A stretch of DNA of 64,000 nucleotides from Lama glama (Eukaryota): the NCBI GenBank assembly GCA_028534125.1, contig CM052819.1:105896001-105960000 (forward strand), given 5' to 3'. The first letter of the stretch is position 1, and every line of letters starts with the position of its first letter. The notes under the pieces were generated by a model. That model did no database searches. It was given only the letters and a program-made list of their open reading frames with translations, and had not been told where the DNA came from. This document shows, in pieces, positions 9,402 to 21,689 of this stretch. Position numbers and translations under genes: made by a program.

Positions 9402-12400
9402 CATCCTTGTGTCAATTAGTTCTCTCTCCCAACTAGTTTTATTCCATTATTCCCGGCCCTTGGGGAACATAAGTAACTCTGGCCTCAGCGAGCTTGGAGA
9501 CAAGCCACGTCCTGGGAGCACTTCTGAGGGTTCTGAGGTCTGAGGCCCAGCTGGTCGTTTCCAGGGCCCTTGACTCCCGCGTCTGTACGCCAGGCAGCTC
9601 TGGGTGGCTGTGCCATGTGTCTGAGACTCCGGCGGCCAACGCCACCTGGTGAGCAGGCCCCTAGGTGAGAAGGCCCCCTGCCATAGGCCTGGCTCTCCCT
9701 GGTCACTCTGCGGACATGCAGGGGCCAGGGCCCACGTTGGCTTCCGGCCCGGAGGCAGGCTGGGACTGTCACCCACTGGGACACAGCTGACGTTGAGCAT
9801 TTCTGCCATCCACCAGCGTCCTGTGCTTGTCCTCCACCTCCCCTTGAACTCTGCGCTTTATTCAATGTTCAGATGTCCCAACCTGCTTTGTCTGTGCCAG
9901 ACAGGCTGATGACAACACCCCCTCCCCGCCCCAGGTCCAAGCTGGGTGTGGTCGAGGTCAAGGAGAAGAGGCCAGGGGGTAGGTGACTCCCAGGCCCACA
10001 CTCCAGGGTCTGAGGGCCAGGCTTGCTGCCTGAGGTTCACCCCGGGGGTGCCCCACGTTTCCTGGGGCCCCAAGCTTCCGATGCCCAGCCCTCGCTCCTG
10101 AACAGAGCCACTCCCTCACCTTCCTTCCAGCTGCCTCCACTCTCCACTGGTCCTACCTCTTAGCTCGTGACCCGACCCTGCCCTGCTATTGACATGAAGA
10201 GCTGCCCTCCCTCCCCAGAGGCCTCAAAGTCCAGCAAGGTGGTCCCCAAGGGGAGGGAGCAACGGTGAAAGCCCGCTCACTCAGAGCAGGCCTAAGACAT
10301 CGCCTGACCCGCCCACAGTGTCCCCTGGAGAACCTGGTCCAGACTCCCTGGGCTGGGCTGGCTGTTCCAGGGTCACTGTGCCCCCCACCCGATAAAAGGA
10401 GGTCCCCAGAGAACCTGTCAGTAGAAGGAGGGCCCCCCGCGACTAGAATCGGGTGGTGGGAATGGGTGCAGACAGACCAGCACCCAGCCCTGCCTCCATA
10501 TTCCAGGGCTGCAGAGGCTGGTGGGAGTCCCGGCCCCTGCTTGCCCGGGGACCCTGCCCATCTCCTGGGACCCTCCCAAGGAGGTGGAGGTGTGAGAAAT
10601 CAACTCCCCCAGCTGTCACAGGGCTCAGCCCACCAGGGCCCCCTCTGCCCCTTCACAAGTCACCCTCAGGCCAACTTCACCAGCCCCGTCCCCCAGAGGA
10701 CTGAGGAGGCCCCGACTTCCTGTGCACCCTGCCCCTCTGGTCAGTTAATGAAACCCTTGGGCCCCTTCTCAGAAACACGAATTTCAATGCACAAAATACA
10801 ATGCTCCAGATTTCCAGGGGAGACCACTGTGTGCAAACACAGTTACTAAAAAGGAATTTGTTTAGAACGAGCAGTGAGACGTGGGCCTTTCCATCAAGGC
10901 GTTAACTAAACAGGGGAGCGGGGCCTCAGGTGGACGGCGGAGGGAAGTCTGCTCGCATCTGTGATGGGACACGAGGGTGCCGGCGGCTCCGCAGGTGACA
11001 GTCCCGGGTGTTACCCTCGCTGGGAGCTGCTGCGTCTGGTTAGTTATGAAGACGAAGGTGCAGTGCCTCCCACCCAAGTTCAAGGCCCCTGGATTCCATG
11101 CCCCGATCCTGGATGGAGCCAACTGGGTCGGGGACAGTGCCCACTGAGACGGGGGCAGCGGCCAGTCACCGATCCAACGACTGGTGACCCTCCCCCAGGG
11201 CACCCCAAACTCAGCGCTTGACCCCCAGAGGCATCCCGGGGGGGGTCGTTCCGTAGTGCAGGGGCTCCTCCAAGCGCCCGCCAGCGCCCCACCCCCACGC
11301 GGCTGCACCCGAGCCGGGACACCCGCGGACCCAGAGCCCAAGCCCCGGCCCGTGCAGCTGGCCCACCCACCTGGGGCCGAAGACCCTTGAAGAATTTCCC
11401 GTCTACCTCAGTCTTCTGCGCTGCCACGGCCGCTGCAGAAACCACTGAAAGGCGCGTGGCCAAAATGACACCAGAACCTGGCTATCTGCGTGGATGTGCA
11501 TTGGGTTCTTCCCTGCGTGTGCACAGACGCCCACGTGGTCACACACCTGCGCACTCACATCCAGGTGCACGAACACCGCCCGCCCTCCCCTCAGCGCAGG
11601 ACGACCCTGGTCCTCGAGCCCCGCAGACCCTCCAGGTTGGCAGCCGCCCCCCGTTCAGCGGGTGCAACGGAGAGGCCCGCGTGGTGCAGCCAGCCGGGAG
11701 AGGAGCAGGCAGTCGGAGCTGCCCCGCCCCGCCCAGAGGTGGGCAGCCTTTGGGGTCACTTCTCCTTCCCCCTCCATCACCGGAGCCCAAGCTGGGGCAG
11801 AGGGGGCTCACGGGGCTGCAAACCATCCGTGGAGTCACCTTGGGAGGCGAAGCGGGCATTCTTTCCCCCGCCCACCTCCCAGCGGCGGGCGGGTGAGTGT
11901 CCCTGACACTGCCTGAGATGTTCATCAGACCTGACTCCCTGGAGACTCCCACGAAGTCCCTCCCCCAGCGCAGAGCTGCCCGGGCCTCCTCAGCACCACT
12001 CCCGGCCCGACCCAGGATGGGATGAAAGGTGAGACGCTAACAGAGGTGTCCCCCACCCAAGCCCCAGCCCCTCCGAGGACCAAGGCCGGCAGGGAGGAAC
12101 CAGCTCTCAGGTCAGAAGCACCTCTCCCTCTGCTTTCTGAGCAGAGCTCGGGACGGCGCGCATGAGGCATCAGCGTGGGCATGGTCCCGGGTGCTCCCCC
12201 AGACTCAGGATATGGAGAGCAGTGGGCGCCCTCCCAGCCCTAGCCGATTCCAGCCCAGAGCTCAGAACCCACCTGGGAGGAGGGAGGGAGGGGCTGGGGG
12301 GGTGGGAGGATCCTGGCTGAGGGCTGAGGCCTCAGACCTGGTGTTTGGCGGGGGTGGGGCGTGGGAGGCGGCTCCAGTCCCAGAAGCATGAGTTGGGGGT

Positions 12401-15400
12401 TTCCTAGATTTTATCCTGGAAAAAGACTGCCTGGAAATCCGTGATTTCCTCTTCAAATTCAAAACCACAGAACCAGCGTATAGTGTGTGAGGTCCCATTA
12501 TAAAAAGGGAGATTCCTTTATTCCTACTTTCTGTGCAGACAGACAATGCCCTGGCCTCATGGATGGGAATTTTTGGAAAAGGAACGGCGTGAGGGTCACA
12601 GCGCACGGGCTCCGCGTGGTGGGGCTCCGCGTGGCAGGGCTGTGAGCTGGCCGGGGGGAGGCTCTGCTGTGCTTGCCAGTGAAGCCTGCTTTGTTCCGAA
12701 GACTTGTTTCTGGAGAAAGGACGGTGAGAGGTGAGGTGGGTCTCTTCCAGAGCACAGGTGACTGACCTGCATCGATGGGGTCGGGGAGGGGAGTGGTCAT
12801 GCATTTAATGGCATGTACGGACTTTTGCTGAAAGTGACAAAAACAAAAAGCCTCATTATTTCTTTGGGGGAGTCTGTGCCCAGTTGCAAAGCCGTCAAGC
12901 AGGTGAAGTGGGTCTTTCGGCCTCAGTCCCCCCACGACCCTGACGTGGCACCTCTCTTCCCTGTGACGCACGCCCACATGCCCAGCTCCAGGGGCGCCCG
13001 GGGCGTGACTCCGAGGGTGCCGGCCTGGGGCTGGAGCTGCGCAGATGCAGCCTCACGGCCGCCAGCACCAGAGGACAGGGTGGAAGCCACTCCCACGGGG
13101 ACAAAGCACAGCCGACCAGGAAACAAGCAGCGGCTTCCTCACTGCAAACCACTCAAGGGCCTTGCGCCAGGCGGTGTGAGCCCAGCAGGGGGCGTCGTGC
13201 CCACACGGGACTCCCGGCAGCGACTGGGGCCTCGCCCGTGGGCGCCAGGAGTCCCACCTGCCTTTCCCGCAGCATTCTCCTTAAAGGAGCCCGGAGGGCA
13301 GGGAGGAGGACTTCCTGGGAGCCGCCCCACTGTGGCCCCACCCCAGGCAGCTTTTAAAAGCTGTGACTGCGCCTCCCCCACAAGGGTGTCGAGCGAGTGA
13401 AGGAAGGAAGGTGGGTGACAAGGGCGCCACGTCCATCAGGTAGACACCTCAGCACCACCCGACTCCTGGGTGAGGAGCTGCCTCTGACCGTCTCCAGGCT
13501 AACAGAGGACACGGTTCTGACACCTGCAGCAGGTCACCCCGCCCCGAGCCCCCACCCTGCCCCTCTCTCTGCCCTGCCCCCTGCACCCAGCAGTGTCCAG
13601 CCCCTTGGGGTGCTGCTCTCCCCATTGTCGCCCCACAGAACCCCTCTGCCTTGGCCTCCTGTCCATGTGGAGATGACACTGGGTTGGGACAGGCTGAGTC
13701 TGGGGTGGACAAAGGCTCTTTGGCCCGCAGCTGCCACTCACTCCCTGACCAAGATCCCGGCTCAGAACTCGGGCCACCAAGCTGTCCCCCGCAGGGCACC
13801 CCTGCCACTTTCCTGGCACCACACACATCAGGCACCCCAGAGTGGTGAACCTCTTGTGGGAGCTGGAAGGTCTTACAATTGTATTGCACCCTCTGTCCCA
13901 GGGCAGCTGGCCCAGCTCAGGGGGGCAGCAGAGGGGTCTCAGGATCAGAAGACTCACGCTGGCTCTGGGGTCAGGGGGCCAACAGCTTATTCAAGGCATC
14001 TCGGCCCAGAACCCTGCCGGCTACACTCATCCCAGGGGAGCCCAGCCCACACGCACATGCCTGCCCTGAGCCCTGGCCGCTCTGTTCCAGAGCCTCTCCC
14101 CTGCCGTCCGCCACCCTGAGTCTGGTCCTGTGTCCACAGCTGGTTCCCCAGCTGCACCTCCCACCTGGCCCCGCCACCTCGTTTGTGCTGACTGCCTGCC
14201 GGGGTCCTCTCTCTGGCTTGACTGAGGCTGAGACTTGACTCATCCTCAGACACACCTGTGTAGACGGGCCAGGCCCCAGGCCCCACCCCTCATCAGAGGG
14301 TCCACACCAGACCCTGGGCAGACACGTAAGCTCAATTTCCCCGTTGGCAAAACGGGCCACACCACCTCCTGCAGGAGGGGCCCTGGAGCCTACTGACCAG
14401 TACACCTGCGAGATTCTGACCACAGGTTCCCGACCAGCCCCACCCAGGCCCCACGCCCACCTCAGCTGTCAGGACGCAGCCCCTGCTGTCCAGTTCTCAT
14501 GAAGGCCGGACAGAAGAGGCCAGCTTCGTGTCCACACAAGGCCCCCTCTCCGTTCCCAGGCTTCCTCACTGTTGAACTTGAAGCCCCCCAGACGTGCGTC
14601 CCCTGTTACCCCAGCTCCTGGGCCACTCTGGCCCCCCACCGTCACCTGGATGGGGTTAACTTTCTACGTGCAGGGCAAAGGTCCAGTCCTTCCCTCCACT
14701 GCTCCGCTGGGTTGGGGACACCTGAAAATCCCAGCCTGTAGTGACCCACAGCCTTCCAGCGACCTTACTTGCTTACTAAGTGAGTCTGTGCCCCGGGGCA
14801 GAGAGAGACGGGACAGTGCTGGAAGCAGAGCCCCTTCCCAGCACAGCGCCCCCGGGGAAGGGGTACGGCGCCCAGGGGCACAGAGGCCCTGAGGCCTTCA
14901 CTGACACAGTCACACTCCAGGCCACCGGCTGGTGGTCGCAGACTCGGGGGGCAGGATCTCAAAACCCGGGACGGTCACAGCCAGGGCCTGGGCGCTTCGT
15001 GCGCAGACCCAGCAAGGGCGCAGGGAAGGTGAAGTCCACCCGCACACACTGTCCGGTGTGAACACCCGTGCTTTCCACACCCGAGCGCGTCAGGGCGACC
15101 TCCTTAACTGCCTGTGTCCCGGCCGGCTCCCCTCCAGTGCCTCAGGAGCGCTCCAGGTTTAGTTCACGACTACTTACTTGCTTTCATCTTTCTTGCCTCC
15201 TTCCTGCTAGTGCAACTAGGTCATCTTTTAACTGTTTGCAATGTGCCTTCAGGGGAGAGGGGGCGGGCTTTATAAATAACCTTTATCATTACAGATGCAG
15301 GGTGATTCTGCTCCCAGCGCTGAAGGAACATGAAGATACATGTCTCTGACTCACCCCCAACGGGGAGACTCCGTGCGCTCAGGACGCTGCACCCTGGAAC

Positions 15401-16427
15401 CCGCGTGTAGGTCTGTCCTTGAAGATGGGGATTCATGGCTACAGGCTGACTTGGCTTCTGTGCCCTGCAAACCACCCACCCGAAGGCTGTGACTGCGACA
15501 GGCGCGGCCGCTCGGGGCCCGGGAGCGGGTGCTTGAGTCCTTCCCGACACCCCCACCCCGGGGCCTGCTCACCTCCACTCATACGTCCCGGTTGCTCCCT
15601 GGGGAGCTGGGGACCTCTATGGACCACTCCCAACCCACACAGATCAGTGTTCCAAACTGGGGACATCATCGGTCAGCTCCTGGTCACATCATTGGGAACC
15701 AAGTGCCACCAGAGCAAAGAGCTGTGACATGCAGGGGACTTCGGAGGATCCCAGGGACCCACGTACACACTGCCTCCACGCCTCCCTCGCCGCCCACACT
15801 GCCGCTCCCACGAGGCCGCACGCGCCCATCACTCACTCCCATCCCCGAGCCCAGCTGCTGCTCCCGGGTCTCCCGTCCCTGGCGCTCTGTGCTTTACTGT
15901 GGAGGTGTGGTACATAAAGTCCCCCGGGAGAAGCTCCAGAAAGGCGTGATCGGGCATGGTGGCCGGCAGGTCAACGTCCTTCCTAGGGAGGCAGGAGCGG
16001 AACGCCCCCCAACCCCGACGGCGCTCTCCACCACGGAGGGGGGCACGCCTGGGGCTTCGCGGCCCAGACTGCCGGATCTGTGCTGTGCTGCGCTCAGCAC
16101 GGGCCTGGGCTCTGCTCACAGGGACCCGCCAGCGGCTGCGCTTCATTCCTCAGGCAGGTGCAAGGCCTCCCCCGGGAGGCCCAGCAGGTAAGTACTTGCG
16201 AAGGGCCTCGGGTTGGGGAGGCTAACTCTTTGAAGGAGTCCCCACCCCGCAACGTCTCCACTGTGACGGCCGCCACGCCTTTCGTCTTCTCCACCGCCTC
16301 CCTCGCGAAGCCCAAGCCCGGCTGCTCCCCAGCCAGCCCAGCACCGGTGGCCTTGGACCAGCCGGGAAAGGGCAGCACCGTCCTGGAGCCCGGCACGTCC
16401 CTGCCCCACCCCACGTCCCCCGCTTAC

Positions 16428-16512
16428 CCGTGCAGGGCTCCCATTGCCGGGTGCCTTGGCCTGGGGTCACCAGGGGCAGGAGCGCGACACACAGGGCCAG
16501 CAGGACAGACAT
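16428..16512 (-). CDS. TSPEAR: TSPEAR (thrombospondin-type laminin G domain and EAR repeats) coding exon 1, signal peptide
   Basis: Translates to MSVLLALCVALLPLVTPGQGTRQWEPCT, closely similar to the human TSPEAR N-terminus ([27 protein letters not shown], recalled). The exon ends in a phase-1 donor G|GTAAGC at 16427. It lies between the KRTAP10/12 cluster and UBE2G2, as in human. The remaining exons are left of the window. Confidence 0.92.
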
Positions 16513-17170
16513 GAGGGGCCCGGGTCCCAAGCTCCATCCAGGGCTCTGCACGCGCCCACGCCCGGGAAGCAGCGGCTCCTCGTGCACCTGGGTCGGCCCT
16601 GCCAGCGGTCACTGCAGGGGCCACATCCCTGAGGCCGTGCAGGGGCGGCGGCGCGCGGCCGGGCGGCAGCAGGCGCGGGCAGGTCGGGCTGCAGCCTTGC
16701 TCTACCTCCTCATCTCCAGCCGCGCAGGGTCCCGTCCTGCAGGTGACAGCTGCCAGCACCTGCGAGGCTGCGATCAGTCATTGGCCAAGCGCCTTTTCCC
16801 CGAAGGAGGAGAGAAGTGAAGCATCCAGGAGGGCGGAGAGCGAGCCAGAGGCCCCAGGACCTGTGCAGGCCCCTCTGGGGTGCGAGCGCGGGCCACCAGG
16901 CGGGGTGGGGGGGGGTGGGCGGGAGCAGAGCCAACGCAGTCCCCGCGGTCCAGGGCGGGCAGCGGCCGTCGGGAGGGTGGGGCTCCTGTGGAGGGCTTTT
17001 ATCTGGCGCCCAGCCCTCCGGAGGGTGTGTGGGTTTGTCAACTGCTGGGTTTCAGGAATTTCCCTCCGGAGGGAAGTCAGTCCTTCAAGGGAACAGCTAA
17101 TGAGACGCGAGCGTCGCCCGGGGGAGGGGAGTGGCCGTGAGGCGGGTGGTTCATTTCATCAGGCTCCTGG
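16513..17170 (-). promoter_or_regulatory. CpG-rich TSPEAR 5'UTR and promoter region
   Basis: Dense CpG and GC boxes (GGGGCGGCGGCGCGCGGCCGGGCGG at about 16642-16667) directly upstream of the ATG, with no TATA box. A kB-consensus site lies at 17055-17064. Confidence 0.6.
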
Positions 17171-18133
17171 TCACTGGGGCCTGACCTGCCCAAACCACGG
17201 TCAGTCCACCTGCAGGCTGCCCCAGGTGGCCGGTTATCACGTGTGGTTGTTCTTTTGTGAGACACCCTGCCCCCCGTCCCTCAGAGAGAGTGCACAGACA
17301 AACGGGCTGGGGGGCGCACAGGCCCCAAGAGGCACCTTCCCTTGTCTCAGATGGCGGGCAGCGGCTGGTCCTGAACCCCAAGCTCTGCCCCGAAGCCCCA
17401 GCTCCGAGGTCTACGCAGAGGATGGTCTGACACAGAAGGCGTTTACGGGGCACAGACGCCCCCTACCCGGGTCAGGGCTTGCTGGGAGGCGGGAGCAGGG
17501 GGGAGCCGGAGAGGAAGGGAGGGAGGGGCATGTCAAAGGCCTCCCCGCGTGGCCCAAGACGGTCCCCCTCCCCTCTGTCTGAACACGCACGGACGGTCTG
17601 CATCCTGGTCACGGGTCCCGGTTTTCCAGGTCCGTGTGAAGAAAACCTGCAAGGCCCGTCTTACCCTGGGCCCTTCCCATCACAGGGAGCCCTCGGGCGG
17701 GCCTCCCTCGCCCCTGCTCCTGGACCCTGAACCCCCGGCCAGCCGGGCACTCAGACTCTGCCGCCCCAGATCCTGGGGGCTGTGAAACACAGACCCAGCA
17801 CGGATCACCTGGTGAGAGGAAGGACCCAGCCCCCCACAGAGCGAAGGCCTGGTCTTTGCGGAAAAGACAGCAGTTTAAACTGAACAACTCGAGCTCCTCT
17901 CTTTTCTTTCTCAATTGATGAGAAGTCTGAGCTCACAGCGGCCCTGGGTGGGGGCGGGGGGGCAGGCAGGTCAGGACCGGTGACGTCCCACAGGACGGGC
18001 AGGTGGCACCTGCGCAGGGCCACAAGCCCAGACCACGTTGCTGGGGTGCCACAGACTTCGCCACGTGACCACTGACCTCTGACCCCAAGGCTCTTGCTCA
18101 CCTTCGCAGTGTGATAAAAGTAAAATCATGTAC

Positions 18134-18260
18134 TTTTTTGTTCTGTTTGTGACAGGGAGGTAATTAGATCGATTTTTTTTTTAAACGGAGGTGCTGGGGA
18201 GTGAACTCAGGGCCTCCTGCGTGCTAGGCACGCCCTCTGTCACTGAGCTGTACCCACTCC
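18134..18260 (-). mobile_element. tRNA-derived SINE (camelid-type)
   Basis: The reverse complement reads GGAGTGGGTACAGCTCAGTGACAGAG...GAGGCCCTGAGTTCACTCCCCAGCACCTCC...CTAATTACCTCCC plus an A-rich tail. Flanks show a degenerate duplication (TGTACTTTTTT / TGTATTTCTTT). Confidence 0.8.
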
Positions 18261-19539
18261 TGTATTTCTTTTTTAACAACCAGATCTGAAAAATCAAAAT
18301 CACATTACCTTGAACCTTTCCAAAAAATCTCTCTTCTGTTACATTTAATCCAGTAACACCAGTAAGATTCTCGATGATTAACAAGGGTTAATTAGTAAAA
18401 AGTTACCCATTTTGAAAACAGCAAAAATATGTGCCTGGACGCAAAAAAAGCTCAGAGTTTCCCATCCAGCCTGGCCCCTGTGCGGCCCTGGACAAGCCTC
18501 ACGCGAGCTATGAGTCTGGCGCCGCGTCTGCGGGCCGCGCTGCCAGAGGACCCCCGCGGCACGTCCTGTGCGTTACGGGGTGTGGTCCCCATGGGGTAGC
18601 GCTTCGCCAGGGTGGCCGGGCACGCCGGCTCCCAGGGCCCCCGCGAGAGGGGCAGGGCCACGCGCCCTCCCCGGGGACACACGCTCCCACAAGCCGATGT
18701 CACTGAGGCTTCGGCAGCAAAGAAAGCTGCATACAGTTTGCTACCCTGGGTCCCCCGAGTTCCTCTGCTGCGGAAACTACCTCTCCCACATCACAGGCTC
18801 TGGAGTCACGGAGCTGCGTCCCAGGAGCCCGCTAAGACATATGAGCTTGTGAAGGTCAGGGGTGGTCCGGCCACCGTCTCATAGGTCAGAGCGAGTTCTG
18901 TGATTGTTCGAACCTGCCCGAACAAACCTTACATTGTCGGGATTCCCCTCCCGGCAAGCAGGCTGGGTGAATTCCATCTCTGTGGCCCGAGCGCATCCTC
19001 GCCTCTTTGGGGCTGGTCAGCGTATCCCAAACAGCGGCGATGCCTTCTCGAGGCAACGGCGAGACGTGGCAGGTAAAGGAGAAAGTTGAAATGGTGACTT
19101 CGTGTTACAGAAATGCGCTGATTCCGCCCAGCCCCCCCGGTGAACTAACCCTTCACTGACGCAGACCATTAAAGCTCCGTGGTTTTTAATCGTTTAAAGA
19201 CACAAACGCTCCTCCGGGAATAGGCTGTAATTTGGAATTGAATGACCGCTGTCCTAGGGATGCTTGGAGAGGTGTGTGAAGAACAGAAGAGAACACTGGG
19301 CAGGTGACAGCGAGTCCAGATCGACTTGGGAGGACCTGGCGAGCTCGGACAGTGAGGAGTCGCCGGCCGGGCTGGCTGCTCCTGGGCCAGGTCCCCACCT
19401 GGGCCGGGCCCGCACCTGGTGCCCAGCTGTGAGCTCGTCAGCCACTGACTCACCCGGGGCAGGCGAGGCCCAGAGTCTCCGGGAAATGCAGGCGGGAAGT
19501 CACTTCGAAAGGGATCTAAGAAGAGAGGGCTCATTGGGT

Positions 19540-20970
19540 TACTGAAGAAGGGACTGAGTTTGTTTTCCTGGTACGAGAAAAGTTCTTTGGATGGTCAGGC
19601 CATTAACCCTTTGTCTGCTAAAGGGTTACTGCATGTTATTTTCTCCCTGTGATTTCGTTTTTGATGCTTCGGTTTAAATGGTTATGTTTTGTTTTTGCTA
19701 CTTTTTGATGATTCTGTTTTTTGCCAGGTATTTCAATTTTTTATTTAGTCAGCAACATTCTCCTTAAGCCGTGTGGGCCTTCTCTGCTGCTCTGCTGTGT
19801 GCTTCGCCCTCCGGCCCATCCGAAGTGTGGTCCTGAACACTGGAACTCAGTGAGTAGGACTCTGTTTCCAGAAGGCTGCTGTGTGCACACCGTTTATTAA
19901 GTACCGCCCCCTCCCACCACCTCGAAACGTCCAGTCCAGAGGGGTCAGACTAATCTCGGTTCCACTAGTCTGTCTCCTTTGCCAGCACGTGATTCTGACA
20001 ACAGGGTTTATGGAAAGCATTCACACAGAGACAAAGGGTGCACGCACTCGTTTTCCCTTTTCAAAAACGTATGAGCAGTTCTCACGTGTTTTCTTCTACG
20101 AACTTAAAAAATGATTGGTTCTTGCCTCCACCTTCCAAATGAAAATCGAACAAACGAGCAAAAAGCGTTGCAGGAAAACCTACTGGAATGACAGTGAGTT
20201 CACAGAGTAAACTCAGAACACGGGCTTTCTATGATGTGAAGTCTCCCCACTCAAGGACATGTGTGTCTGTTTATTCCGAAGTTGAAATAAATTCATCCCT
20301 TAAATTTCACAGTTTTGACTATAGAGATCCTATACTTTTTCTGTAAAGTTACTCCTGTAAATGTCCGGTGAGTTTGTAATTTCATCATCATCGTGATCAT
20401 AATCCCCCACTTCCACCTGTAATTGGTCACTGCTCATATAAAGAAGACTGGTCCATTTTTGTACAGTTATCTCGTGTCCAGCAACCTTAAATTTAGTGAG
20501 TGATTTTACAGTCTCTTGTTTTTCTAGACGAACATTGTCTGCCAGTAACAGTAACTGTGGCCCTGCTGCGCTAGCGTGTGCACCAGGCTATCTTCTTCTT
20601 ATGGCACAGACCAGGGCCTTCAAAGCCGTGTCGGAAGCAGCGACAGCCCTGGGCTTATCTCACGCCCAAGCTTGGTGGGACTGGCCGCCGAGTCTGGAAG
20701 CCTTATCATGTTAAAGAATTACTCTTCTTTTCCTCTTTTACTCAGAGGAGGAATGGCTGCTGCGTTTCGTCAGATGCTTTTATACATCGATTAATATGAT
20801 TTCGCAGATTTTCTATTTTAGCTTTTTAAGTTTGTCGGTGGAATTCATCACAAGGCCCTTTTCCAAGTGCTGAGCCACCCTGACCCTCCCGGGGTGACAC
20901 ACACAGGAGCAGGGTGCCTTTTTCTCCTGACTCACTACAGACCTGACCCAACGTTTCATTTAGAACACTT
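19540..20970 (-). mobile_element. Degenerate LINE-1 ORF2 fragments
   Basis: T-rich plus strand with antisense L1-like phrases (e.g. TTGTACAGTTATCTCGTGTCCAGCAACCTT, AGGAGGAATGGCTGCTGCGTTTCGTCAGATGCTTTT). No open ORF. Confidence 0.6.
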
Positions 20971-21480
20971 GCTTCCGCACCACATTCTTCTCTTCCCAGG
21001 CAGCCCGCTGGGCCCCAGCTGCTCCCCGGGCACTGCAGGCTGAGAGCTGTGTGTCACAGCCCACACCTCTGTGCCCAGCGTCAGGCCACTTGCAGATACT
21101 CACCTGATGTCCTACCGGGGTCTCTGTGCCCCTGGCTCAGAGCAGGCGCCGTCCTGGGTGCAGGCCAGAAACTGGGAACTCATCCTCGGCACCCCCACCC
21201 CAGGAAGTCCCACTGAGTTCACCCCAAACACTCCTGCCTCCCACCCCGCACCTTCCCGGCCCAGCCACCTTCACTCCACACTGTTGCTGCCCACCACATC
21301 CCGTCTCCACACCCCCCGGGCCTCTGCACCTGCTCCTAGCGACCTGGCCTCTCAGAACCCAAGCCTGGCCTGACTGGCCTCCCATCGGGGGCTTCCGGCC
21401 CAGAATAAAGACAATATTGGAGTGCAGCCTCCAAGCCTGAGGTGTGGCCCTGCCTTCCACCCAGCAGCAGGTCCCCCTCC

Positions 21481-21530
21481 ACTCACACGCACTCACACGC
21501 GCACACATGCACACACGCGCACACACACGC
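21481..21530. repeat. Imperfect (CA/CG)n microsatellite
   Basis: ACTCACACGCACTCACACGCGCACACATGCACACACGCGCACACACACGC. Confidence 0.8.
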
Positions 21531-21689
21531 CTGCGGCTTCTGTCAGACCCACGTCTGGGATGTGCCTCCTCCCACCCGTGGCTGCTCCCAGGTGGGCAAG
21601 CTCCCTGCACCTCCACCTCAGCCTGATTAACCCCTGGGGGGCCTCCTTGCAGAAGCTCTCAGCACCTTGAGTGCCTCTCCTTCAGGGAG

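Noticed and set aside
12590-12680. 15-bp repeat (GGGCTCCGCGTGG x2) as a possible KRTAP pseudogene remnant
   Set aside because: Only two units, no Cys-rich frame and no KRTAP N- or C-terminal signature.
16222-16587. The 121-aa ORF as a complete gene
   Set aside because: Only 16428-16512 is coding (TSPEAR exon 1). The upstream start is non-ATG and the remainder reads through a splice donor into the intron.
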